The notes under the pieces were generated by a model. The model saw only the letters and a program-made list of their open reading frames with translations. It had not been told where the DNA came from and made no database searches. Shown here piece after piece: positions 8,672 through 19,097 of a stretch of DNA of 64,000 nucleotides (the first letter of the stretch is position 1; every line of letters starts with the position of its first letter). A program made the position numbers and the translations under genes. The stretch is from Naegleria gruberi (Eukaryota), in assembly GCA_000004985.1 (NCBI GenBank), contig GG738853.1. One strand, written 5' to 3'.

Positions 8672-11536
8672 TTAATAATTATTAGTTCTCTTCTTTTGTT
8701 GATTGGAATTTGATTGAAAATTTTTCTTTCCACTATTGTTACCATTAGGGGTATTTTGAGGAACTGAGCCATGTCTTGGTTTTGAGAAAGACCCTTCATC
8801 ATAAGAATTTTTAGGCGAATACTCCTTATTGGTATTAGTAGGGATTTGCTTTGGTGGTGAACCAAAGTTGGCCCCTTTTCCATTACTAGATTTTGGTGAG
8901 CCTTGGTAATCAGATGACACACCAGAATTATTCTTCTTTGAATAGTAAGGATTGAATCCAGTGCTAGAGGCACTATCGTCATCCAAATCACTTGGAAAGA
9001 ATGGATTCCAATTATCATCTGAACTTTCTCCTTCGATGTCTGTAGATCTTCCCTTTCTACTATGTTTTCCTCCATTTGGTGAGTTTTTGTATCCCTTGTT
9101 TGATTTTGTGTTATTGTTGCTCGTATTGACATGAATGTTACCATTACCAGTGTTTCCGTTATTGTTGTTATTTTGGTGGTAAGGATTATTCTTATTTGGA
9201 TGTCCTCCAGAAGAATTGTTTCTTACACCTCCATTATTGGAATTCCACGATGATGGAGTACCATTATTATTGTGATATTTAGCATTGGAGAATGAGCGAG
9301 GTCTTTCTCTGGAGAAGGTAATGTTTGGAGGATTTGCATTGTTATTTCCATCCTCCAATGTCATTTCACCCATAGCAAAACTCAAATTATCAACATTATT
9401 ACTATTAGTGTGGTGGTGATGATGATGATGATGATATGGATTCTTTCCTGAGAGTGTGCTGCTTCTACCTCTTGATCCACTTGGAGTTCCAGCAGCTGAT
9501 GGAGTTGTTCCAAGAAGAGAAGAACTGTATGCTCCAGGAGAGGCTCCCAAATTACTTCCACTCGGTGATGCTTGATACATGCCATTATAAAATTGAGGTG
9601 GATAATTGTGAACACCTGGACTAACTCCAAATGTCATGTTGGCATTTGATCCAAAAGATGATCCGTAGGTAAAACTTCCAACACTACTTCCATAACTTCC
9701 TACAGGCATTTGATTGTTGTGAGAATTGCTGATTGGAATACCAGGTTTAAGATATGGACTTGTGCCCAGAGGAATCTGTTGATCAAAAGAGCCAACATAT
9801 GAGGATTGTTTTGGATAAACATTATTATTGGCAACAGGTGATATTCCCAAAAGAGAAGATCCCCCCATATAATTGCCTGCAACAGGAGAAAGTCCAAACG
9901 GTAAGAAGGATTGATTTGGTGTAGAACCATAGTATTGAGGATTTGCATACGGTTGTTGTTGTTGCTGTCCTTGTTGAGGAGCAAATCTCTCAGCATGCAA
10001 TTGTTGAAGATTTTGAATGTGAGCTAAATATTGAGATGTTTGTGGAGGAATGAAAGGTTCAACAAAGTCTTTTCCTGTAACAAATGGATGCAATTTAGCT
10101 TGGTCAGGTGTCCATCGCTTGTAAGGATCCAACTGCAGTAAACCATTAAGAAAATCAATAAAAGATGCTCTAGTTCTCATTTCCTTCTCATCAACCTTGG
10201 AAATATCTCCATAATGTTTCACAAGATCAGGAAGTTTTGTATAGTTGAAATATCTTTTCCATTCCATAGGAGCTTGATTAGGATTTTCTGCCAAAAATTG
10301 TCTTTCAGTCTTCAATTCATACATGCTAGGAGTGCCATCTTGATGAAGTGGTAAATCTGGATCATTAGGATTCATTCTATTGGGAGGAAGTATTTTGAAA
10401 TATTTGGCCGAGTATTTTCCATATTCGATCATGTATGGTGGTGGAATACCAAACATTTCAATCATTCTACCAACTTGATTGTACTGGCTTACACCAGGAA
10501 GTAATGGTAATCCTAGAAATAGTTCAGCACAAATGCATCCAAGAGACCACATGTCAATAGCCTTATTGTATCTTAGTCCGAAAATAACCTCTGGAGCTCT
10601 ATAAAATCTTGATTGAATGTAAAATGGTCCTATTTCATTTTCATGACATGCAGAACCAAAATCTATCAATCTTACTAGATCTTTAGGATGAGAAAGATCT
10701 GTCAGCAGAATATTTTCTGGTTTCAAATCACAATGGATTATATTGGCCTCTGACAAGATGCATAAAGCATCCAGTAATTGTGATAAAAAGACCGATAAAA
10801 CATTCAAAGAAAGGCCTTTGAATCTGTTTTGTTTGATTAACTCGAAAAGATTCATTCCTAATATTTCAATCACAATACATAGATGGTTTTGGTGATTGAA
10901 TTCTCCTAATTTTGTAATGATATGATGAGACCCATTGGAGCCATACTTTGCCAGCTCATCAAGAATAGCAATTTCAATACGTGCTTGTCTCAAATAAGAT
11001 GGTTTGTTCTTTACCACTTTGACAGCAACAATTTGCTTTGATGTCAAGTCCTCACATTTGACAACTTGTCCAAAAGTACCTTGCCCAAGCATTTCCTTAA
11101 CGTAGTAACGTTCTCCAAGTATTGAACCAGCATAAATGATCAAATTGCCATCTGCATTATCAAGTCCGCCATTATGAACCCCTATTGAAGGATCTGTCAA
11201 TGGTTGCTTTCTGTTAAAGTCTTTGTGAAGAGCAAGACCAATGGTCATTAACTTGAGTGCACTTTGAGAAGAGTAGTATTTGGTAAAAGGGTTTTCTTGT
11301 GTTGAATTATTTCCTTGATTGTTGTTGTTGTTTTGATGGGCTTCATTGTTTGCAGTAGAGGTAGTAAGAGAGGCTTGATTGGTTAATGGGATGTTGTTGT
11401 TGGATCTTGAAAAAGTAGTAAAAGCTGATCTGGATGAAGGAAAGGCAAAGGTAGTATTCTTGGAAGGAGAGTTGGACATTAGATCAGTAGTAGAGTTTGT
11501 GTTGGTAGTATTGTTTGAAGGACTCGAGGAAAGCAT
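8672..11536 (-). CDS. DYRK-family dual-specificity protein kinase (YakA/Yak1-like) with poly-His and N/Q/S/G-rich tails
   Basis: ATG at 11536-11534 and a 954-aa single exon. A DYRK-homology-box-like segment lies upstream of the kinase domain. Kinase motifs are GQGTFGQVVKC (Gly loop), HCDLKPENILL (catalytic loop), DFGSAC (DFG) and YIQSRFYRAPE with the activation-loop Tyr typical of DYRKs. The C-terminal half is low-complexity (N, Q, S, G, Y runs) and includes HHHHHHHHH. Confidence 0.85.
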   Translation of the reverse strand: MLSSSPSNNTTNTNSTTDLMSNSPSKNTTFAFPSSRSAFTTFSRSNNNIPLTNQASLTTSTANNEAHQNNNNNQGNNSTQENPFTKYYSSQSALKLMTIGLALHKDFNRKQPLTDPSIGVHNGGLDNADGNLIIYAGSILGERYYVKEMLGQGTFGQVVKCEDLTSKQIVAVKVVKNKPSYLRQARIEIAILDELAKYGSNGSHHIITKLGEFNHQNHLCIVIEILGMNLFELIKQNRFKGLSLNVLSVFLSQLLDALCILSEANIIHCDLKPENILLTDLSHPKDLVRLIDFGSACHENEIGPFYIQSRFYRAPEVIFGLRYNKAIDMWSLGCICAELFLGLPLLPGVSQYNQVGRMIEMFGIPPPYMIEYGKYSAKYFKILPPNRMNPNDPDLPLHQDGTPSMYELKTERQFLAENPNQAPMEWKRYFNYTKLPDLVKHYGDISKVDEKEMRTRASFIDFLNGLLQLDPYKRWTPDQAKLHPFVTGKDFVEPFIPPQTSQYLAHIQNLQQLHAERFAPQQGQQQQQPYANPQYYGSTPNQSFLPFGLSPVAGNYMGGSSLLGISPVANNNVYPKQSSYVGSFDQQIPLGTSPYLKPGIPISNSHNNQMPVGSYGSSVGSFTYGSSFGSNANMTFGVSPGVHNYPPQFYNGMYQASPSGSNLGASPGAYSSSLLGTTPSAAGTPSGSRGRSSTLSGKNPYHHHHHHHHTNSNNVDNLSFAMGEMTLEDGNNNANPPNITFSRERPRSFSNAKYHNNNGTPSSWNSNNGGVRNNSSGGHPNKNNPYHQNNNNNGNTGNGNIHVNTSNNNTKSNKGYKNSPNGGKHSRKGRSTDIEGESSDDNWNPFFPSDLDDDSASSTGFNPYYSKKNNSGVSSDYQGSPKSSNGKGANFGSPPKQIPTNTNKEYSPKNSYDEGSFSKPRHGSVPQNTPNGNNSGKKNFQSNSNQQKKRTNNY
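9408..9437 (-). repeat. (CAT/CAC)n codon microsatellite encoding a 9-His tract inside the DYRK kinase
   Basis: Plus strand reads gtggtggtgatgatgatgatgatgat. The minus-strand reading frame gives P-Y-H9-T-N-S. Confidence 0.8.
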
Positions 11537-12721
11537 GGTTGTTTAAAGGAATACGAAGGAAAAGGAGTGGTTTTAGAAAACTTGTGCTTTAAACGCTTGA
11601 AAATTGATGATGATCGAGAATGGAGTAGTGGAGGGTTAACAAAATTTTAGATATTGATGGATATCTAATACAAATATTATCTGCTGTTCAATATAAATTA
11701 AAGAGAGTGGTATGTTTTTGTTGATATATGCCGATAATCCCAGTACTGTGGTGCTGTCTCGTCGTCCAGTAGTAGTACTGTGATGATGATGATTACGGTG
11801 GAAAAAGGGAAAGGAAAAAAACAACAACTTGAATGATATATTAGCAAACGGAAAATGTCCAAGTTGAATTGTTGTTGAGCAATAGCCAATGTTGAGCAAG
11901 TAAGTAGTAGTAGTAGATGTGTATATGTTTTGAGAAGAACAACTACAATAACCCACTCTTCAATTAGCCAATAGAGGTAGAAGAAGATTTTGCGAGAGGT
12001 GAGGTGAACGGGAAAGTTTTAAATTTTTTTTAATAATAGAAATCATCATTTGTTTTTCCCTCCAAATTTTCTGAATGTGGAAGTGCTTGGTTGTTTACAG
12101 AGATGGGAAAAAATTGTGCCACTCACATTTGTGGTGTGATTTGAGCGCTAGTATTGAAATAAGGATATTGTTTGCTATTTTACTGCAAAGATTTTTGTTC
12201 TTATTAATTCTATTCTCATCTCTCTCTTATTATTGTTGGTATTTAATAATGGACAGTATAGGTGGCCAAAGTAATTGTGTCTGAGGAGAGTGAACAGGTA
12301 GTTATCTGTTCCTTGTTATTAAACAAGTCATTAATCATTGGCTGGAAAGGATGACTTGTGTGAAATATTGAAAATATTAGGATGAGACCTAATAAGGTTG
12401 TGTGGAAAGTTAGTTTGTGAGGACTGTAGATGGTGGTTGTTGCATCAACACATCAACAGAATTGTGCTTTCCATAGGCTGCTTGAAAGTCCTTTTTGCAT
12501 TTGTCAATAATAATTTGGAGATCCAATCGAAAGGGAAGAAAGCAATTGAACGCGTTATGCATCAAATTGGATCCACTCAACTGTTTACAAAACGTAACGG
12601 TTGCGACTTGTTTGTCATAGTTGCTGTGACGGAGCACTTAAAAATGCCAAGGCTCAAAAACCAATCTAAAAAAAAGTAACAACAACAAACACTAGGATTA
12701 TCAATCTAAAATACAACAGAA

Positions 12722-13219
12722 ATGACTGAATCAGCTCCAGCCCAAAACGTCGAAACCAAGAAGACTGCCACAAAGAAAGATAAGAAGGACAAGGCCAAGC
12801 CAGTTTCTAGATCAAGCAAGGCCGGTTTGCAATTCCCAGTTGGTAGAATCCATCGTCACTTGAAGCAACGTGTTCACTCAGGATCAAGAGTTTCTGCTAC
12901 TTCATCTGTCTACGTTGCTGCTATTCTTGAATATTTGTGTGCTGAAGTCCTCGAATTGGCTGGTAATGCCTCAAAGGATTTGAAGGTCAAGAGAATTACT
13001 CCAAGACATTTGCAATTGGCCATTAGAGGTGACGAAGAATTGGACAAGTTGATTAAGGGTACTATTGCCGGAGGTGGTGTTATTCCACACATTCACAAGT
13101 CTTTGATTAATGCTGGTGTTACCAAGCCAGCCACAAAGGCTTCTTCTAAGGCTTCATCATCAACTCCTGCTGCCGAAAGCAAGGAAGCTGCTGAACCAGT
13201 TCAATCCCAAGATTATTAA
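12722..13219 (+). CDS. H2AX: histone H2A variant of H2AX type (C-terminal SQDY) with N- and C-terminal extensions
   Basis: ATG at 12722 and a 165-aa ORF. The histone-fold core matches the H2A signatures [36 protein letters not shown] and [19 protein letters not shown]. The extreme C-terminus ...AEPVQSQDY fits the SQ[E/D]-hydrophobic H2AX phosphorylation motif. Compared with canonical H2A it has a ~25-aa K-rich N-terminal extension and a ~35-aa S/A/K-rich C-terminal linker. Confidence 0.9.
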   Translation: MTESAPAQNVETKKTATKKDKKDKAKPVSRSSKAGLQFPVGRIHRHLKQRVHSGSRVSATSSVYVAAILEYLCAEVLELAGNASKDLKVKRITPRHLQLAIRGDEELDKLIKGTIAGGGVIPHIHKSLINAGVTKPATKASSKASSSTPAAESKEAAEPVQSQDY

Positions 13220-13327
13220 TCTACTCCCATAACACATCTTTCAAATAACATCAACAACAAAACCAACCTAGATATGAATTACCACTAATTCCTTTTTGCC
13301 CTGTATATATAAAACAGTCCACGAGAC

Positions 13328-13333
13328 AATAAA
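13328..13333 (+). promoter_or_regulatory. AATAAA candidate polyadenylation signal ~110 nt downstream of the H2AX stop
   Basis: An AATAAA hexamer lies downstream of the H2AX stop. No metazoan-type histone 3' stem-loop is visible after the stop. This fits the polyadenylated histone mRNAs known outside animals. Confidence 0.3.
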
Positions 13334-13557
13334 ACTCTAAATTAAATATTTATGATTAAATGTGAATAGTTTTCTTCTTTCGATTACTGCTACATGAATA
13401 AGTACTTTTTGATTCGATAGCATCCTATCCCAATGTCATCAAAGTCATTTGAAGACATTATTACAGTTGATTTTCAAGATTAAAAAAATCCTACACATTG
13501 AAATAGTTGTTGCATTGCAGGAAATATTGGAAACAATATGAAAAGTAGTTGATAATT

Positions 13558-14670
13558 TTAGAGTTTACTAACAGTTGTTGCAGCAGCATCATCTTGTTCA
13601 TCACTATTAGCTTGTGGATTCAACTCCATAATTTCAAAATCAAATCTATACTCATATCCGAGCTTATCGTAAATAGGAAGACCATCAAGAGAGGCTTGAA
13701 TAACAATGTATTCATACTTGTCCTTTCTGGTCTTGGCCAATTCAAGCATGGCAATCATCATGACAGTGGCAAATCCCTTTCCTCTATACTTTGGTTTAGT
13801 ACACAAATTACTTCCATAGCAAGTTCTTGGTCCAAAGAAGACTTGTCCAGTGGTTGCAATCTCATTGGTAGCCAAATCCTTGATACAAATCCATGAGAAT
13901 TCATCAGAGTGGAGAGGATAGGTATTATTCATTACTTCAGCAGTCAGTGGACCAGATTTAAAGTCAGTAAAGGTCTCTTGCATACAATCAATGACTTGAA
14001 TTAATTCTTCACGAGTCTCTACAATTTTCATCACAAAATCATTACCCAATTGACATACAACATTCTCACCATTGCTGATTTGGAAAGGTTGGAGTATTCC
14101 CTTATATCCCATAGTATTCTGCATCATTTCCTTCTTACTCTTCATGTAGGAAGTTTCCTCTTCACGTAAATAATAGATCATTCCATGATAGACACTATAA
14201 TCGGTAACATATTGTCCAAGTCTTTCATAGAGAGGTTGATATTTGGTGAGTCTACCTTCGGAATCTAACAAACCCTCCTGAACCATCTTTTCAGTTTGTT
14301 GTTCAACTCTTCCATTCTCAACTAACAAGGTTTTACATTTGGTATCGGGCAGGAAGAGGTAAACCAATGAACGTTTAGCTTGTTTTTCAACAAGGTCAAT
14401 CAATTCAAAATTAGTAATATCATCCCTGCAGGTGTAAGTTGGATTTGGCTCATCCAATTCCTCATATCCAGGTTTAATGCAATTGATGGACTCTTTTTCT
14501 GTTTCTTGTAAATCGGAGAGAGTAGGAATGGCTCTTACCATAATTTGATTCATTTCAAAAATTGAATAGCTAATATCGGCATTCTCCTGTTCTAATTTCT
14601 TCTGTTGTTGGTTAATGATGCTATTAAGAGAATAAGTAGTGTTGGTGGTACATGATGTTGTTTCACTCAT
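13558..14670 (-). CDS. protein with C-terminal GNAT-family N-acetyltransferase domain
   Basis: ATG at 14670-14668 and 370 aa. The C-terminal region carries the GNAT acetyl-CoA-binding signature ...KPKYRGKGFATVMMIAMLELAKTR... in a ~150-aa acetyltransferase-like fold. I do not recognise the N-terminal two thirds. Confidence 0.6.
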   Translation of the reverse strand: MSETTSCTTNTTYSLNSIINQQQKKLEQENADISYSIFEMNQIMVRAIPTLSDLQETEKESINCIKPGYEELDEPNPTYTCRDDITNFELIDLVEKQAKRSLVYLFLPDTKCKTLLVENGRVEQQTEKMVQEGLLDSEGRLTKYQPLYERLGQYVTDYSVYHGMIYYLREEETSYMKSKKEMMQNTMGYKGILQPFQISNGENVVCQLGNDFVMKIVETREELIQVIDCMQETFTDFKSGPLTAEVMNNTYPLHSDEFSWICIKDLATNEIATTGQVFFGPRTCYGSNLCTKPKYRGKGFATVMMIAMLELAKTRKDKYEYIVIQASLDGLPIYDKLGYEYRFDFEIMELNPQANSDEQDDAAATTVSKL

Positions 14671-15159
14671 TTTTTGATTCTCAGCTGAATTATTGGATGG
14701 TGGATAATATGCAACTTGTGAAATACGGTGAGTGTTGTGTGAAAAAAGTGTCCGATAATTAGAGAGATTGAATAGGTTGTGTGAATAATATTTGTTTTCT
14801 CAGTGAGTGGTGATGCTTCACAAAGATGACAAAATTGTTGAGATGGTTGCTGTTTGGGTATTGAGTATGGATGATAGTAGGTGGATTGGGATTGGAAATT
14901 AGGATGTCGTTTTGATGTTATTGGAAGAGTTTGCTTTCTGGGATAATTGAAAATGTTCCGAACATGTTGTTGAAGAATCCAGAATAAATTTGCTTACAAT
15001 AAACTTGTTTTCAGTCATCTACAGATATTCACTTAACATTTCTGTATTGAGGAAGATTGAATTATTGTGTACATGATCATCCATAAACATTCGAATAGTT
15101 TGCACTTCTTTTATCAATTTCAATAATAATATATTAATAATTTTATTTAATTAAAAAAA

Positions 15160-16578
15160 ATGATTGAAGTTGAACCAATGAAACCCGTTCGCATTATTTG
15201 TGAACTCAAGGCTACACCAAATGATGCTGTTGATGATGATCAGAACAATAACACAGAGCAGAAAAATCCAAAGGATGAATTTGGTTATCCAAAGACAAGC
15301 CTTGAATATATTACAAAATATTATCAAGATCATCCGGAGGAGAGCAGCAATCCAGAGAATTTTGCAATTATTGTCGGATCCGATAATTATGATGGTACTC
15401 ATGTCAAGGCGATGATATTTGATCTTGAAAAGTATAACATTAAAGATGTTATTGCTATGGAAACTACAGTAATATTTCTGGCAAAGAATGGAGTTTGCTA
15501 TTGTTTATTATATGAAGAAAGCAATTATTGGACTCATAGATTGAACAATGCTAACGAGATTAATGGAGAAATTGCATATGCAGCTACATTTTCGTTGGAA
15601 GATCCTGTAGAGAGAGTCATAGCAAGAGAAGGTGTCATGTTTATTACAAAATCAGGAAGATTGATTTATTGGAATAGGAGTGACAATTTGGAGTTTGAAC
15701 CGGCCCAGTTTGATTATGAAAAAATTGTTGACATTGCATTAGGTGATGGTCACACTTTATTCCTATCAGAAAATGGTAACTTATATGGATATGGAAGCAA
15801 TAGTAGGTTTTTATTATTGATTTAAAATTATTAATCTATTGAAATAGCTGCTGGTCAATTAGGTAATGACATCTCTCACAAATCACATCATGTAAAATTT
15901 AATATTTCACACATACCTGACCGTATTGTAAAGGTTTACGCTACCTACAATACAACTCTAGTTTTAACTGAATCAGGTCATGTATACTCATGTGGAGATA
16001 GCTCATATGGAGCTCACGGACATGCTAATTATACTGAAGGAGGAGGACTTTGCAAAATTGATTTTCCACACAGGGTTGTGGATATTTTCCCTGGTCTGTT
16101 CTTTGTGGCACTAAAAACTATTCAAGACGAGTATTATGTATTTGGCTATAACAACATGTCACAATTTGGACAGTCACATACTATTGAAGAAAGAATTAAT
16201 GGACCTCATTATTTAGATACATTCCAACAAGAAAATATAGAAAGATTGTCATGTGGAGGTTATCATTCATTAATTGTTACAAAGGATCAGAGAGTATACA
16301 TTGCTGGATGGCCAATCGCACATGATTGTTTTCCTTCCAAGGAAAAAACATATCATTTTGTCGATGTGAATGCAATTCTTGGAAGAAAAATACCACTTCC
16401 TTCATATACCGAATTATATGCCACAACTGGACTATACTATATATTGATACAATCAAAGTCAAAATCTACAAATAGGTTTAATTTCAAAAAGAGTTACAAA
16501 ATTTGTGACATTTCATTCAATTTTGAAACAAATACCATAGAACCATATCCTGCATTCATGAACGATGAATATCATTAG
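15160..16578 (+). CDS. RCC1-like repeat (beta-propeller) protein, two exons: 15160..15802 and 15848..16578
   Basis: ATG at 15160. Exon 1 ends ...GSN+A (phase 1) at a GTAGGT donor (15803). A 45-nt AT-rich intron ends ...GAAATAG (15847). Exon 2 continues TAGQLGNDISHKS... in frame with the track ORF 16078..16578, whose 'M' is GTG. RCC1-type blades are recognisable: GDGHTLFLSENGNLYGYGSN-TAGQLGND, TYNTTLVLTESGHVYSCGDSSYGAHGH, GGYHSLIVTKDQRVYIAGW. Confidence 0.7.
15803..15847 (+). other. spliceosomal intron (45 nt, GTAGGT...TAG) in RCC1-like gene
   Basis: Reading through gives an immediate stop (RFLLLI*). Splicing restores the conserved GQLG motif in frame. Confidence 0.6.
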
Positions 16579-16919
16579 AAATGTGATGAATGCTGGTCGA
16601 TGATTGTTAAGAATTTAGTGAGTGATTTTATTTACATTAGAAAGTATGAGATAGTTCTACTCTTGGGATTTAAACTTGCTCCTCCCAAAATCTGATTCCT
16701 TCCCCAATCTGAAAACATTATACGTTATGTATATTCAAGGAAAAGTTCCAAGTTTCCTAACAACTTTGGGAAAGAATGAAAATTTCTTCCAAATTACAAG
16801 ATTTTACAATAGGAATGTTGATTCTTTGGATTTACAGTTGAAAATATCATAAAGCAAGGTCAAATCTTTAGAAAATGAAGATGAAGGACAGTGAATCATA
16901 AATAAATTGAGATTTCAAT

Positions 16920-19097
16920 TTACTCAACTGTAATATTTGAAGAAACAACCTTGCCATCAACCAATTTTCTAAGTTCCATATTGTAAGGTCTCTTTGCAAG
17001 GATATTCTGAACAGTTTGTCTCAAATTTGTAAAGATTTTCCACTCATTACATGCATTATCATCTGGTAATTGGATTACAACATCAAACACTGGATCTGCC
17101 TTCAATTGAAGTCTCATCTTTTCTCCATCTCTTGATGCATTCCTATCACCCATAATCACGCTCTCAACACCTCCTAATAAATCACACAAAATTGGGTTTT
17201 TAAGAATTGATTTCATATCACCGTGAGCACTTCCACACAAAATGACACCCCTTTGGGAAATGGTTCTTGCTGTGCTTACCTCATCTTTTGTTCCAATCTC
17301 ATCAATGACAATTACTTCTGGGGTGTGATTTTGAACTGCTTGAATCATGACTTCTTGTTGTCTTCTAATGTCAGCAACTTGCATTCTTCTCGCCTTTCCT
17401 ATAGCAACATGGGGTATATCACCAAATCCTCCAATTTCACACGAAGTGTCTACAACCACAACTCTTCTCGATTCTGAAAGTGTCTTGGCAAAATCTCTGA
17501 TAAAAGTAGTCTTTCCTGCTCCTGGTTTACCTAACAACAAAATACTCTTTCCTTCTTCTATCAAATCTGAGAACACTTTAGCTCTTCCCATCACTGCTCT
17601 TCCCACTCTCAAGGTTAGTCCAATAATTTTTGCCTCTCTATTGAGCATGGCACTAATTCTGTGCAGTGATCCATCCATACCAGCTCTATTGTCAGTTCCA
17701 AATGATAGCTTGTTAACAATTTCATCAATTTCTTCCTGTTTCACAATGAAGGTTGGATTACTGTATGGTTCCTTTTTGTGGTAGAAGAATAATTCATAAG
17801 GCCTACCTTTGTCCATGGCCACTTCTATTAAATTGTTAACGTCTTCTCCTGATATGGTTGATAATTGTTCCTGAATCTTCTTTGGAAACAAATCCAAGAA
17901 ACTATAAATTTGATTGATTATTGTTACGTTAAAATCAGAGTGTTGCGTCAATATGGCGACATCTTGTTGGGCTGGCTCTTCAAGTGTTGATTTAACCTTA
18001 ATAGTCTCTTGTTTGATGGTTGGGTTTTGCAGTTGATTGTAAATTCCATTCCACAACTTTTTGACTTCTTCATCAACCATAGACAAGATTAATTTAGCTT
18101 CGTCGTTTACAGAATCAGTCATGGCTTGATACAATTGTACAAGTGTTCTAACATCTCCTGAAGCATAATTCAACATTTCTTTAGTAAATATCTTATTGCC
18201 CCAACTTCCAGTACTATGCAGCTTTTTTCCCAAATGTTTGTAACTATTTCCAGGCACCTCATACAATTCACACAGATCATTGAATGAAATATTTCTTTGA
18301 GTATCACTTATTATTTGATAGAGTATTGAAGTGTCAACAATTGATGTTACAATTATTCCAAAATCCTTAAATAATCCACATAAATCATTTTCACAATCAT
18401 GAATTACTTTCAAAATAGTTTCATCACCAAGTACTGTCTTTACAGCATTAACAATAGTTGGATCTTTAAGTTTCATATCAAATAAATATTGAACACCATG
18501 TGCTGAAATCTGAACTAGTGTCAATTTTCCATTTCTTCCCAAATTCACACCTTCACAATCAACACCAATCATCTTTGTAGAATGCTTTGACATGTTAGAT
18601 AGAAATTCATTAGCAAAACTTGGAGTATTCACCAAAACTATATCACCATTATCAACACTCTTCTCAATAGGCATTTCCTTTCCTTTACTCTTCTCAATCA
18701 ATGCATTCAATTTTGATAGAATATTCTTGATTGACTTTTTACCAAAATGTTGAAAAGCACTTGCCAATTCTAAAGCACTACATTGTTGCAATAGTTCCAT
18801 TCCACTTCCAAATGTTTTTTGGGATTTAATTTGTAGTTTTGGAATTTTAATTTGTAAAGTTAGAGTATCTGCCTTTTCATCATATCGGAACCATCCACTA
18901 CTCTCACCACTAAACATTACATCGTAGACATCTTGCCACGATGGTAAATCATCGAATTGCTTTTGATAGGGTTCATAGGAATATTGACATTCGAGAGTGC
19001 CTTCAAATTGATTACTGGTTGCTGGTTTTCCATTGGACAGGACACAAACTGCATAGGCACGGATTAGTTTATCAAGGAGAGTATGATTGTCGGTCAT
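16920..19097 (-). CDS. fusion protein with N-terminal DEDDy-type 3'-5' exonuclease domain and C-terminal SpoIIIAA/Ycf45-like P-loop ATPase
   Basis: First ATG at 19097-19095 (track 'M' at 19127 is TTG). Exonuclease motifs: Exo I IGVDCEG, Exo II KVIHDCENDLCGLF, Exo III SIVDTSILYQI (Tyr-containing, DEDDy). The C-terminal ~300 aa carry Walker A LLLGKPGAGKTTFIRDFA and Walker B VIVIDEIG. The surrounding sequence resembles the Ycf45/SpoIIIAA-type ATPases of cyanobacteria and plant plastids. Confidence 0.7.
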   Translation of the reverse strand: MTDNHTLLDKLIRAYAVCVLSNGKPATSNQFEGTLECQYSYEPYQKQFDDLPSWQDVYDVMFSGESSGWFRYDEKADTLTLQIKIPKLQIKSQKTFGSGMELLQQCSALELASAFQHFGKKSIKNILSKLNALIEKSKGKEMPIEKSVDNGDIVLVNTPSFANEFLSNMSKHSTKMIGVDCEGVNLGRNGKLTLVQISAHGVQYLFDMKLKDPTIVNAVKTVLGDETILKVIHDCENDLCGLFKDFGIIVTSIVDTSILYQIISDTQRNISFNDLCELYEVPGNSYKHLGKKLHSTGSWGNKIFTKEMLNYASGDVRTLVQLYQAMTDSVNDEAKLILSMVDEEVKKLWNGIYNQLQNPTIKQETIKVKSTLEEPAQQDVAILTQHSDFNVTIINQIYSFLDLFPKKIQEQLSTISGEDVNNLIEVAMDKGRPYELFFYHKKEPYSNPTFIVKQEEIDEIVNKLSFGTDNRAGMDGSLHRISAMLNREAKIIGLTLRVGRAVMGRAKVFSDLIEEGKSILLLGKPGAGKTTFIRDFAKTLSESRRVVVVDTSCEIGGFGDIPHVAIGKARRMQVADIRRQQEVMIQAVQNHTPEVIVIDEIGTKDEVSTARTISQRGVILCGSAHGDMKSILKNPILCDLLGGVESVIMGDRNASRDGEKMRLQLKADPVFDVVIQLPDDNACNEWKIFTNLRQTVQNILAKRPYNMELRKLVDGKVVSSNITVE

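Noticed and set aside
8560-9144. Possible introns in the long single-exon genes (HECT, DIS3, DYRK, LST8).
   Set aside because: Each is open over its full length and stays collinear with homologues across the entire ORF. There are no GTAAGT...TAG-bounded AT-rich blocks interrupting conserved motifs.
11636-11956. 106-aa minus-strand ORF with an HHHH run just upstream of the DYRK start.
   Set aside because: It lies in the promoter spacer, its first codon is not a clear ATG-context start, and its composition reflects simple repeats (gatgatgatgat).
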